A stretch of DNA of 64,000 nt, taken from an uncultured Faecalibacterium sp. GTDB lineage: Bacteria > Bacillota > Clostridia > Oscillospirales > Acutalibacteraceae. Where the stretch lies: NCBI GenBank assembly GCA_964397395.1, contig CAYNIN010000001.1, forward strand, positions 1,353 to 65,352, read 5' to 3'. This document shows positions 1-8,651 of this stretch, one piece after another. The notes under the pieces are model-generated. The model had not been told where the DNA came from and searched no databases. It worked only from the letters and a program-made list of their open reading frames with translations. The stretch's first letter is position 1. Each line of letters begins with the position of its first letter. The position numbers were made by a program, and so were the translations under genes.

Positions 1-1104
1 GTTCCTTTCAACACCGTTTTCATTCACGGTATCGTTCGTGACGAACTCGGCAGAAAGATGTCAAAATCTCTCGGCAACGGTATCGACCCCCTGCTTGTTA
101 TCGACAAGTACGGCGCTGACGCCCTTCGCTTCACCCTTGCAACAGGTAACAGCCCAGGAAACGATATGCGTTATTCCGATAAGAAGGTTGAGGCAAGCCG
201 TAACTTTGCAAACAAAATCTGGAACGCCGCAAGATTTATCCTTATGAATCTCAGTGAAGACCAGAAGGCACCTCATATCCCTGCTGACCTTGCTCTTGAA
301 GACAAGTGGATTCTTTCAAGATTCAATACCCTTGCAAAAGAGGTTACGGATAATCTTGAAAAATTTGAACTCGGTGTTGCAGTTCAGAAACTCTATGATT
401 TTATCTGGGATATTTTCTGCGATTGGTATATCGAACTTGCAAAGATAAGACTTTTCAAAGGCGGCGACGAAGCCGATACTGCAAGAGCAGTTCTCGTTTA
501 TGTTATGAGCGAAACTCTCAAACTTCTTCATCCCTTTATGCCTTTCATCACCGAAGAAATCTGGCAGACTCTCCCCCACGACGGCGAAACAATTATGCTT
601 TCAAAGTGGCCCGAATTTTCTGCTGACCTTGTCTTCACCGAAGATGAAAACAAGATGGATATTATTATGGATGCCATCAGGGCTATCCGTAACAGACGTG
701 CCGAAATGAACGTACCGCCCTCAAGAAAGGCTCACGTTTATATTGCAGCGGAAAAGGCAGACGTCTTTGAAAAGAGTGCGGAATTTATGCAGAAACTCGC
801 CTCCGCTTCCGACGTTTCCGTCGGTGAAAGTTTCTCAATCGACGGCAGTGTAAGTATCGTTACCGCCGACGCAAAGATTTACATTCCCATGGGTGACCTT
901 GTTGACTTTGAGGCAGAAAGAAAACGTCTTACGAAAGAAAAAGAAACCGCTGAAAAGAAACTTGCGCAAATTAACGGCAAACTTTCAAATCCCGGTTTCC
1001 TTGCAAAAGCACCCGAAAATGTTATTGCGGGACAGAAAGCCGATGCAGAAAAACTGACGGAAAAAATCAAGATGATTGACGAAAGTCTTGCTTCACTGGG
1101 TTAA
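1..1104 (+). CDS. valS: Valyl-tRNA synthetase, C-terminal part (5' end lies outside the window)
   Basis: Frame 1 is open from base 1 (..GRKMSKSLGNGIDP, the KMSKS class I motif). It has an anticodon-binding region and the C-terminal coiled coil typical of ValRS. A hairpin terminator follows. Confidence 0.9.
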   Translation, partial: VPFNTVFIHGIVRDELGRKMSKSLGNGIDPLLVIDKYGADALRFTLATGNSPGNDMRYSDKKVEASRNFANKIWNAARFILMNLSEDQKAPHIPADLALEDKWILSRFNTLAKEVTDNLEKFELGVAVQKLYDFIWDIFCDWYIELAKIRLFKGGDEADTARAVLVYVMSETLKLLHPFMPFITEEIWQTLPHDGETIMLSKWPEFSADLVFTEDENKMDIIMDAIRAIRNRRAEMNVPPSRKAHVYIAAEKADVFEKSAEFMQKLASASDVSVGESFSIDGSVSIVTADAKIYIPMGDLVDFEAERKRLTKEKETAEKKLAQINGKLSNPGFLAKAPENVIAGQKADAEKLTEKIKMIDESLASLG

Positions 1105-1116
1105 TTTAAAGAATCA

Positions 1117-1150
1117 AGAGATGTTCTTTCGGGAACGTCTCTTATTTTTC
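1117..1150 (+). terminator. Rho-independent terminator after valS
   Basis: Stem agagatgttc / gaacgtctct with loop tttcgg, followed by a T-run (ttattttt). Confidence 0.6.
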
Positions 1151-1212
1151 TTGCCAAAAGGAAAAAGATAATGTATAATGTAAACAAATAAAATTTAAAC
1201 AAGGATATTGAA

Positions 1213-1716
1213 ATGATAGTACGTCTTGCAAAGGAAAAGGATTTACCCGAAATACAAAAGGTTTACCGTAAAATAACAGAATATATGAAAGAGCAGAAAA
1301 TTGTTATATGGGATGAGATTTATCCCAACGACTTTTTCATTGAAGATATAAAAAAGAAGGAGTTTTACGTTCTTGAAAAAGACGGCGTTATCCTTGGCGG
1401 TTTTGCATTGAGCAGTGAAGACGAAGGCGAAAAGTTTGTTGAGTGGGAAAAGAGGGGTGCCCCTGCCCTTTACCTTAACCGTCTTGGTGTAAGAACAGAA
1501 AACCAGCGTACAGGTCTTGGCGAATTTCTCATTTACAAGGCAGAAGAAAAGGCAAAAGAAAAAGGTGCCGAATTTCTTCGTTTGTTCGTTGTGGACTATA
1601 ACACCCCTGCCATAAGACTTTACGAAAAAACGGACTTCCGAAAAGCAAAGGGGCTTTACAGAAATTTTCAGGGTGAGATTACCCTTAAAGAATACGGCTA
1701 TGAAAAGAAATTGTAA
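1213..1716 (+). CDS. GNAT family N-acetyltransferase
   Basis: 167 aa. Contains the acetyl-CoA binding-like segment LGVRTENQRTGLGEFLI and the C-terminal RLYEKTDF motif typical of GNAT proteins. Confidence 0.75.
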   Translation: MIVRLAKEKDLPEIQKVYRKITEYMKEQKIVIWDEIYPNDFFIEDIKKKEFYVLEKDGVILGGFALSSEDEGEKFVEWEKRGAPALYLNRLGVRTENQRTGLGEFLIYKAEEKAKEKGAEFLRLFVVDYNTPAIRLYEKTDFRKAKGLYRNFQGEITLKEYGYEKKL

Positions 1717-1731
1717 AAGGAGAAAATTATT

Positions 1732-2013
1732 ATGAGTCTTTCAAGATACAACAAAATTTACAACATCAGTTTAGGTATTGTTATTCTTTATACCCTGATG
1801 AGTTTTATTGCTCTTATAACAAAGATAGAAATTTTAGGCAGTATCATAAGTGCCACGGGCTTTATTTATGCCCTTTTTGCCGCCGTTATGCTCTGGTATA
1901 AAATCCACCTTACGAGAAAGTATTTTATCGGCGGAAGCGTTATTATCAATCTGATTGTTCACGGGGTGCTTATGGGAATAAGTTTTCTTCTTATTCTTAT
2001 ATCTGTTTTATAA
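1732..2013 (+). CDS. Small integral membrane protein (3 predicted TM helices), function unknown
   Basis: 93 aa and hydrophobic. RBS AAGGAG lies 8 nt upstream. It directly follows the GNAT gene. Confidence 0.55.
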   Translation: MSLSRYNKIYNISLGIVILYTLMSFIALITKIEILGSIISATGFIYALFAAVMLWYKIHLTRKYFIGGSVIINLIVHGVLMGISFLLILISVL

Positions 2014-2046
2014 TACGCAAAGGACAGACTTTTAACGGTCTGTCCT

Positions 2047-2115
2047 TTAAATTTGTTCACCTATATATTCACCGCCTTTGAAATGACGGTATCTGCCTTT
2101 TTCAATCTTACTCAT
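2047..2115 (-). pseudogene. Possible truncated remnant of a DUF1653-like gene (22 codons)
   Basis: My translation is MSKIEKGRYRHFKGGEYIGEQI*, preceded by an AAGGAG RBS. The G-x-YRH(F/Y)KG-x-x-Y motif matches the N-terminus of ~70-aa DUF1653 proteins as I recall them. The ORF stops inside a terminator hairpin. Confidence 0.3.
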
Positions 2116-2130
2116 AAAATACTCCTTATC

Positions 2131-2162
2131 AAAAACGGCACCTTACTTAAATGCAAGGTGCC
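2131..2162 (-). terminator. Rho-independent terminator after the aminotransferase gene
   Basis: On the minus strand: ggcacctt-gcatttaagt-aaggtgcc followed by gttttt. Confidence 0.65.
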
Positions 2163-2170
2163 TTCATTTT

Positions 2171-3451
2171 TTATTCGCTTAAAAGCTTTTCACAAGCGGC
2201 AAGTTTAACGCAGATACAAAGCAGTTTTGTTGCCGTCATAAGTTCATCAACGGGAGGATAGGAAGGAGCAATTCTGATGTTCTTATCCTCGGGGTCAATA
2301 CCGTATGGGAAGGTTGCACCAACGGTTGTGAGGGTAACGCCTGCATTTTTGCAAAGTTCGTAAACTCTTTTTGCCGTGCCGCCCATTACGTCAAGGCTTA
2401 TGAAGTAACCGCCGTTGGGCTTTGTCCATTTTGCAACGCCGTATTCGCCGAGACTGCTTTCAAATTCGTTGATAACTGCCTTGAATTTGGGTGCAAGAAT
2501 GTGTCTGTGAAGTTTCATATGCTTCTTTATGCCGTCAACATCCTTATAGAATTTAACGTGTCTGTACTGATTTATCTTATCGTAACCGATAGTCTGAACA
2601 GACATACGCTTCATAATCATTTTGATGTTGTTATCGGAAGCGGCAAGAACCGCAACACCTGCACCGGGGAAACTTATTTTTGATGTTGAAGTGAATTCAA
2701 TTACCATATCTTCGTTGCCGTACTTTTTAAGCACGTCGAAAATATTGTCAAGGTGATCCCCTTCTTTTACAAGGTCGTGGATAATGTATGCGTTATCCCA
2801 GATGATTCTGAAGTCCTTTGCCGCAGGCTTCATTTTTGCAATTCTGTCAACAACCTCACTTGAATAAGTTGCACCTGTGGGGTTTGAATATTTGGGTACG
2901 CAGAACATACCCTTAACGGAACTGTCTTTGACCATTTCTTCAACGGCATTCATATCAGGACCGTTTTCATCCATAGCAATGGGAATGAGTTTGATGCCGT
3001 AATACTGTGCAATTGCAAAATGTCTGTCATAGCCGGGAGAAGGACAAAGGAACTTGATTTCACCCTGATCTTTCCAGGGCTTGTCACCTGAACCTGTGAG
3101 CATACACTGGGTAATATAGTCAAACATCATATTAAGGCTTGAGTTACCGCATACAATTACATTGTCCGTTGGTACGCCGAGAAGGTCAGCAAAAATTTCC
3201 TTGCATTCAATTATACCCGTAAGAAGACCGTAGTTTCTGTATTCAAGACTGTGATTGCTTGCATCGTCTTCCCAATCACGTGAAGTAATTGCATCAAGAA
3301 GTCCGTTTGAAACGGCAAGTTGATCCGAACCGGGCTTGCCTCTTGACATATCAAGTTTCAGTCCCTGATTCACGTAAGCATCATATTCTTCCTGAAGTTT
3401 ATTCTTTAAGTCTGATAACTGTTGTTTACTGTATGATTTAATTTCTGCCAT
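2171..3451 (-). CDS. PLP-dependent aminotransferase (class I/II fold, aspartate-aminotransferase-like)
   Basis: 426 aa. Has the YSNPTG motif and STSKISFPGAG (PLP lysine). I chose the ATG at 3451, 6 nt after AGAGGTG. The ORF-track start at 3460 is a GTG. Confidence 0.8.
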   Translation of the reverse strand: MAEIKSYSKQQLSDLKNKLQEEYDAYVNQGLKLDMSRGKPGSDQLAVSNGLLDAITSRDWEDDASNHSLEYRNYGLLTGIIECKEIFADLLGVPTDNVIVCGNSSLNMMFDYITQCMLTGSGDKPWKDQGEIKFLCPSPGYDRHFAIAQYYGIKLIPIAMDENGPDMNAVEEMVKDSSVKGMFCVPKYSNPTGATYSSEVVDRIAKMKPAAKDFRIIWDNAYIIHDLVKEGDHLDNIFDVLKKYGNEDMVIEFTSTSKISFPGAGVAVLAASDNNIKMIMKRMSVQTIGYDKINQYRHVKFYKDVDGIKKHMKLHRHILAPKFKAVINEFESSLGEYGVAKWTKPNGGYFISLDVMGGTAKRVYELCKNAGVTLTTVGATFPYGIDPEDKNIRIAPSYPPVDELMTATKLLCICVKLAACEKLLSE

Positions 3452-3465
3452 AAATTGCACCTCTG

Positions 3466-4860
3466 TTAAAAATCTGCACTGCCCGTTGTTCTGGGGAAGG
3501 GAAGAACGTCACGGATATTTGAAATGCCCGTAAGATACATTACGAGTCTTTCAAAGCCGAGTCCGAAACCTGCGTGCTTTGTGCCGCCGTACTTACGAAG
3601 GTCAAGATACCACCAATAGTCTTCCTCTTTAAGACCGAGTTCTCTGATTCTGTCAATGAGAACGTCATATCTTTCTTCTCTCTGGCTGCCGCCGACAATT
3701 TCGCCGATACCCATAACAAGAAGGTCACAAGCAGCAACGGTCTTGCCGTCATCGTTAAGTCGCATATAGAAAGCCTTGATTTCCTTGGGGTAATCCGTAA
3801 CGAAAACGGGCTTTTTGAAAATCTGCTCTGTAAGGTATCTTTCGTGCTCTGTCTGAAGGTCGCAACCCCAATATGCCTTAAACTCAAACTCACCGTTGTG
3901 TTCTTCGAGAAGTTTAACGGCTTCTGTATAAGTTACTCTTGCAAAGTCGGAAGAAGCAACTGCCGTAAGTCTTTCAATAAGACCCTTGTCAACAAACTGA
4001 TTGAGAAATTCGATATCCTGCCTGCAATGCTCCATAACGTAATTGATAACAAACTTTATCATTCTTTCTGCAAGATCCATATCGTCGCAAAGGTCTGCGA
4101 AAGCAATTTCGGGTTCAATCATCCAGAACTCTGCGGCGTGGCGCTGAGTATAACTCTTTTCTGCTCTGAAAGTGGGGCCGAAAGTATAAATTTTACCGAA
4201 AGCCTGTGCCATAATTTCGCCCTGAAGCTGACCTGAAACGGTGAGGAAAGCACTCTTACCGAAGAAATCCTGACTGTAGTCGATTTCGCCGTCTTCTGTT
4301 CTGGGGGGATTTTCCATATCAAGAGTTGTCACTCTGAACATTTCACCTGCACCCTCACAGTCACTGCAGGAAATAAGGGGTGTGTGAGCATAGATGAAGC
4401 CTTCGCTTTCAAAGAAACGGTGAATAGCCTGAGCGGCAACGGAACGGACTCTGAAAGAAGCGGAATAAATATTTGTGCGGGGACGAAGATGCGCAATTGT
4501 TCTGAGATACTCAAGGGAGTGTCTCTTTTTCTGCAAGGGATATTCGGGAGCAGATGCACCCTCCAATTCAACCTTGGTAGCATTGATTTCAAAAGGCTGT
4601 TTTGCTTCGGGGGTGAGAATAAGATTACCCTCAACGATAACCGCAGCACCTACGTTATATTTTGCAACTTCAGCGAAGTTGTCAATCTTTTCCTTTTCAA
4701 AAACTACCTGAACACCTTTAAAGCAACTGCCGTCATTGATTTCCATAAAGCCGAGAACTTTTGAATCTCTGTTTGTTCTTATCCAGCCGCAAACCTTAAC
4801 GGTGCCTTCAGTGTACTTTTCGGCACACTCATAAATTTTAGCAATTTCTGTTCGTTTCAT
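3466..4860 (-). CDS. asnS: Asparaginyl-tRNA synthetase
   Basis: 464 aa. N-terminal OB fold ([23 protein letters not shown]) and class II motifs ([30 protein letters not shown]). GGAGG RBS. Confidence 0.92.
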   Translation of the reverse strand: MKRTEIAKIYECAEKYTEGTVKVCGWIRTNRDSKVLGFMEINDGSCFKGVQVVFEKEKIDNFAEVAKYNVGAAVIVEGNLILTPEAKQPFEINATKVELEGASAPEYPLQKKRHSLEYLRTIAHLRPRTNIYSASFRVRSVAAQAIHRFFESEGFIYAHTPLISCSDCEGAGEMFRVTTLDMENPPRTEDGEIDYSQDFFGKSAFLTVSGQLQGEIMAQAFGKIYTFGPTFRAEKSYTQRHAAEFWMIEPEIAFADLCDDMDLAERMIKFVINYVMEHCRQDIEFLNQFVDKGLIERLTAVASSDFARVTYTEAVKLLEEHNGEFEFKAYWGCDLQTEHERYLTEQIFKKPVFVTDYPKEIKAFYMRLNDDGKTVAACDLLVMGIGEIVGGSQREERYDVLIDRIRELGLKEEDYWWYLDLRKYGGTKHAGFGLGFERLVMYLTGISNIRDVLPFPRTTGSADF

Positions 4861-4957
4861 TTATCTTTACCTCCGAACTGAAGTATTTAAACACTGATAG
4901 ATTATTATATCAATAACTGTCTTAAAAATCAAGACTGCAAAGGAATTTTGTTCACCT

Positions 4958-6412
4958 TCAGGGTGATAAGTATACTCTGATGTCCTTTAAAACAGGATTT
5001 GACCTTGACTGCGTAACAATAAGAAGCAGTTCATCGGTCAACGCCTTATCCTCAAGTCTTATTATTTTGCCCGAGCCGATAACCGTACCTTTGTAAATAA
5101 GTCCGTATCCCTTTTCTGTTTTTGCGTAAAGTTCAAATTCCTCTATCCTCTGACTGAAACGCAAATCCTCTTTTATTTTAAGGGCGGTAACTTCTCTTTT
5201 TCCGCCAAGAGAAACGCAAACGCCCATTTCGTCATCACCGAAAGCAAGGTTTTCTTTTTTTCTCTTTTCTCCGTTTATCTTAAAAGCAGAAAAAGAAAGG
5301 TTTGTCAATTCATTTCTGAACGGCTCTGTTATGAGCCTTGTAAACTTTTCAAGAGTTGCAATTTCTCTTTTGTTGATAAGACCTTTTTTATCCGGCGGAA
5401 CATTAAGAAGCATTGAAGCGTTACCGCCGACAGAATTGAAGTATATCTGTGCCAGGTCTTCGGCGGTACGGTTTTTCTTAAAGAGATAGTAAAAATTATT
5501 ATGCCAGAACCAACCGAGGTTAATTGAAACGTCTGCTTCTGCAGGTTTAAAGCACAAATCCTTATACTTTGAAAGGATTTCTCTTGAGCCTAAATCCTCA
5601 TCTCTCTCCCCTACTTCTGCGAGTTTTTTGCCCTCGTTTTCATTTTGTTGGGAATTTTCGGCAACCTTCTCGTTTGCCTGACTGTAAGCGGGAATAACGC
5701 TCCATTCGCTTTTTCTCACTCTGCCGCCCTCGTTGCCTATCCATCTGACATCGGGACCGCAAACGGAAATGACTGCATCGGGGTGGTACTTTCTTATAAC
5801 TTCATAATACCTTTTCCAATCATAAACCTGTTTCTTTCCGTTTTTGCCCTCACCGCAGGCACCGTCAAACCAGAAACAGAAAATATCACCGTAATTCTCA
5901 CAAAGTTCCGTAAGTTGATTTACAAAAAAATCGTTGTACTTTTCTGTGCCGTAGGTCTTTTCGTGTCTGTCCCAAGGGGAAAGATAGATGCCGAGTTTCA
6001 AGCCGAATTTCCTGCAACTTTCAGAAAGCATCTTCACTATATCTTTGCCGAAGGGGGTATTCATAACGTTATGATCCGTTTGCTCGGTATCAAAAAGACA
6101 GAAACCGTCATGGTGCTTTGCCGTAATAATTATACCTTTACTGCCCGTGCTTTTAAGCACCCGACACCACTGGTCTGTGTCAAGTTTTTCGGGATTGAAG
6201 CGGGATATATCCTCGTTACCCTTGCCCCACTCCGCATTGTTCATTGTATTTATGCCGAAATGAATGAAGTTGTAGTATTCCATTTCGAGAAAATCAAGTT
6301 GTCTTTGTGAGGGCACAACGCTTATATATCTTTCGACTTCTGCATCATTAACGGGGCAGGAGTTGTTTGCCGTGCACCAGGATTTTCCGATTTTCACCGT
6401 TTCCTCTTTCAT
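4958..6412 (-). CDS. Alpha-L-fucosidase (GH29)
   Basis: IITAKHHDGFCLFDT, PWDRHE and WFDGACGEG are typical of the GH29 catalytic domain. I chose the ATG at 6412; the track start at 6427 is a TTG. Confidence 0.85.
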   Translation of the reverse strand: MKEETVKIGKSWCTANNSCPVNDAEVERYISVVPSQRQLDFLEMEYYNFIHFGINTMNNAEWGKGNEDISRFNPEKLDTDQWCRVLKSTGSKGIIITAKHHDGFCLFDTEQTDHNVMNTPFGKDIVKMLSESCRKFGLKLGIYLSPWDRHEKTYGTEKYNDFFVNQLTELCENYGDIFCFWFDGACGEGKNGKKQVYDWKRYYEVIRKYHPDAVISVCGPDVRWIGNEGGRVRKSEWSVIPAYSQANEKVAENSQQNENEGKKLAEVGERDEDLGSREILSKYKDLCFKPAEADVSINLGWFWHNNFYYLFKKNRTAEDLAQIYFNSVGGNASMLLNVPPDKKGLINKREIATLEKFTRLITEPFRNELTNLSFSAFKINGEKRKKENLAFGDDEMGVCVSLGGKREVTALKIKEDLRFSQRIEEFELYAKTEKGYGLIYKGTVIGSGKIIRLEDKALTDELLLIVTQSRSNPVLKDIRVYLSP

Positions 6413-6435
6413 CTTCTTACCTTTCAAAAAAGGCC

Positions 6436-6473
6436 GTCACAGACAGCACCGTAAGAGTACAGTCACAGACAGC
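6436..6473. repeat. Two exact 12-nt direct repeats (gtcacagacagc) 26 nt apart, in the intergenic region upstream of the fucosidase gene
   Basis: Copies at 6436-6447 and 6462-6473. They lie between the stop of the Fn3 protein gene (6482) and the fucosidase start (6412). Confidence 0.6.
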
Positions 6474-6481
6474 CCTTGGTT

Positions 6482-8554
6482 TTATGCATATACTATGTTT
6501 ATATCGAGTCCGCTTACCGTATAAGTCATACTCGTTGCGTCAAGTCCCTTTTTGAATGCCACGAGCATATCATAATCTTCCATTGTGATTCTTGCATCAA
6601 TCCGCAGATTCTGATAGTTACCCATAACGTTACCGGGAATGAAGCCCGTGCACCACCAATATTCACCGTAAGGTCTTGTGAAAACTTCAACCCAATCGGT
6701 TTTACTGCTAAATACATTCTTTCTCTTGATAAAGGTCATTGACATTTTGAGCATATCGTCGTCGGTTGCACAGTCATAATGAGGAATCGTTCTTGATGAA
6801 GGCTTGTTGTAAACGCCGATTTCCGCACCGTAGAACACAAGTCCGTACTGACCTTTCCAGAACTGAACGAGCCAGTCTTTGTTGTTCCAGGAGAAATAAA
6901 CTCTTTCGGTATCGTAGTTTATAAGGGTGAAGGGCGCTATAACATCATAGACCTCGTTATATCCTGCAACTCTCTGCCAGGGGTCTGCGGCAGTATAAAA
7001 ATAGTTGCCTTGGGCATCGTAAAGATAGCCAAAAATGCCCTCTTTTTGCATCTGCTCGATATACTCGTTAGAGGATTTTTTTGCCTCGTAACTTACGCTG
7101 ACGGAAGAAGTGTGATTGCTGTAATAAGAGGTATTTCCCTGAGTATAGTATGCAATGACTCTGTATGTATAAACGGAAGTTTCGGAAAGAGATGTGTCCG
7201 TATAAGTGGTTTCCTTAATCTGTGCCACGGTTGTCCATTTGCCCTTTGAAGCGTCGTACTTTTCAACGGTGTAACCTGTTGCGCCGTCACTTGCCGACCA
7301 GGAAAGCACCGCCGAATTGCCCGAAAGAGAAGCCTTAAGGTTTTCGGGAACTGCAGGTGCCGTCGAAGCGGTGAGAGAAGAAGAATATTCGCCATAGGTG
7401 ACACCGAGACTGTTTATTACAAGAGCTCTTACCTTATACTGAACAGACGATGCACAAGCAAGGTTTTCAGCGGTATAACTTTCCGTTGTAACCGTTGCAA
7501 CTGCCTTCCATTTCTTTGAAGAAAGGTCATACCGTACCACCTGGTAACCCGTTGCACCCGTCACTTTTTTCCAAGTCAGTGTGCAGGAATTACTTGTGTA
7601 AGCAGACAGTTTAAGGGAACTCACCTTTGCAGGTGCCGTTGTGAAGGAAAACTCCTCCGAAGCACTGCCCCACACTGTCGGTGATGCCGAATAATAGGCT
7701 TTGACCTTGATTTTATACGCCGTAGCCGTGGAAAGTGAAGTGAGTTTATATGAGGTGTTTTTCGTTGTGGCAACACGTACATACTTTTCTGTTGACGGGT
7801 TATATCTGAAAATACGGTAGCCCGTTGCGCCCTTGACGGCAGACCATGAAAGCACCGCCGAAGACGATGTTACCGAAGAAACCGAAAGACCCGTTACCTT
7901 ATCGGGAACGGTTGTCGTTTTAACGGCAGAAGTGGGCGAACTGTAAATATAGGAATTGCCTGTTTTTTTATAGGCTCTTACCCTGAACTTATAAGTAGTT
8001 GACGAAGAAAGAGAGGAAACCGTGCAGGAAGAAGCCGTTGTCATTTTAACGCTTTTCCACTTCTGTGCACTTTCATCATATCTGTAAATTTTATAACCCG
8101 TTGCACCCTCAACCTTATCCCAGGAAAGTTTGACTTTGGACGTTGAGGTGCTGTTCACTTTAAGACCCGAGGGAGTTTTGGGTAAAGTTGTAACGGAAAA
8201 GACAGAAGACGAAGATCCGTAATAAGTTTCAGAATCTTTCTTTGCGTACGCCTTGACTTTAAATTTATAAGTTGTGGCGGAATTAAGAGAAGTTACGCTG
8301 TAAGTTCTGTTAGTGGTGTTTTTGATGTTGACCCACTTTTTTGTATTCGTATCGTACTTATAAATCTTATATCCCGTTGCACCCGAAACCTTGCTCCATT
8401 TAAGACTTACCTTTGAGGTCGTTACCTCTGTCGCCTTGACAGTTTTAACTTTACCGAGAGAGGCAGCAGATGCAAAAACCGAGTTGCCTCCGATAACGAA
8501 GATGCACATTACAAGACATAATACGAGTTTTGCAAGTTTTTTCACTCTGTTCAT
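6482..8554 (-). CDS. Secreted protein: signal peptide, five fibronectin type III repeats, and a C-terminal ~190-aa domain of unknown function (DUF4474-like)
   Basis: 690 aa. N-terminal signal peptide (..VFASAASL). Five ~91-aa repeats contain W(S/K)KV.GATGY.I(Y/F)RY. The C-terminal domain (DPWQRVAGYNEVYDV..NKDWLVQFWKGQYGLVFYGAEIGVY..YWWCTGFIPG) is shared with the 12987..13976 product. Confidence 0.85.
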   Translation of the reverse strand: MNRVKKLAKLVLCLVMCIFVIGGNSVFASAASLGKVKTVKATEVTTSKVSLKWSKVSGATGYKIYKYDTNTKKWVNIKNTTNRTYSVTSLNSATTYKFKVKAYAKKDSETYYGSSSSVFSVTTLPKTPSGLKVNSTSTSKVKLSWDKVEGATGYKIYRYDESAQKWKSVKMTTASSCTVSSLSSSTTYKFRVRAYKKTGNSYIYSSPTSAVKTTTVPDKVTGLSVSSVTSSSAVLSWSAVKGATGYRIFRYNPSTEKYVRVATTKNTSYKLTSLSTATAYKIKVKAYYSASPTVWGSASEEFSFTTAPAKVSSLKLSAYTSNSCTLTWKKVTGATGYQVVRYDLSSKKWKAVATVTTESYTAENLACASSVQYKVRALVINSLGVTYGEYSSSLTASTAPAVPENLKASLSGNSAVLSWSASDGATGYTVEKYDASKGKWTTVAQIKETTYTDTSLSETSVYTYRVIAYYTQGNTSYYSNHTSSVSVSYEAKKSSNEYIEQMQKEGIFGYLYDAQGNYFYTAADPWQRVAGYNEVYDVIAPFTLINYDTERVYFSWNNKDWLVQFWKGQYGLVFYGAEIGVYNKPSSRTIPHYDCATDDDMLKMSMTFIKRKNVFSSKTDWVEVFTRPYGEYWWCTGFIPGNVMGNYQNLRIDARITMEDYDMLVAFKKGLDATSMTYTVSGLDINIVYA
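7088..8458 (-). repeat. Five tandem ~273-nt coding repeats (Fn3 modules)
   Basis: Approximate protein repeat boundaries are aa 33-123, 124-215, 216-306, 307-398 and 399-489. Confidence 0.8.
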
Positions 8555-8573
8555 CTCCTTTTACAAACAGTTG

Positions 8574-8624
8574 AGGTAACGGAAACGAACGCAAATTGCC
8601 TTATACGTCCGCTTTCACGCACCT
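8574..8624 (-). repeat. Copy A of a conserved ~55-nt intergenic stem-loop element (candidate cis-regulatory RNA)
   Basis: Minus-strand sequence: aaaggtgcgtgaaagcggacgtataaggcaatttgcgttcgtttccgttacctca. It shares a 20-nt identical core (aaaggtgcgtgaaagcggac) and the same two-stem fold with copy B at 26291..26344. Confidence 0.5.
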
Positions 8625-8651
8625 TTGAAGTTTTTTCGTCTTGAAAAACGA

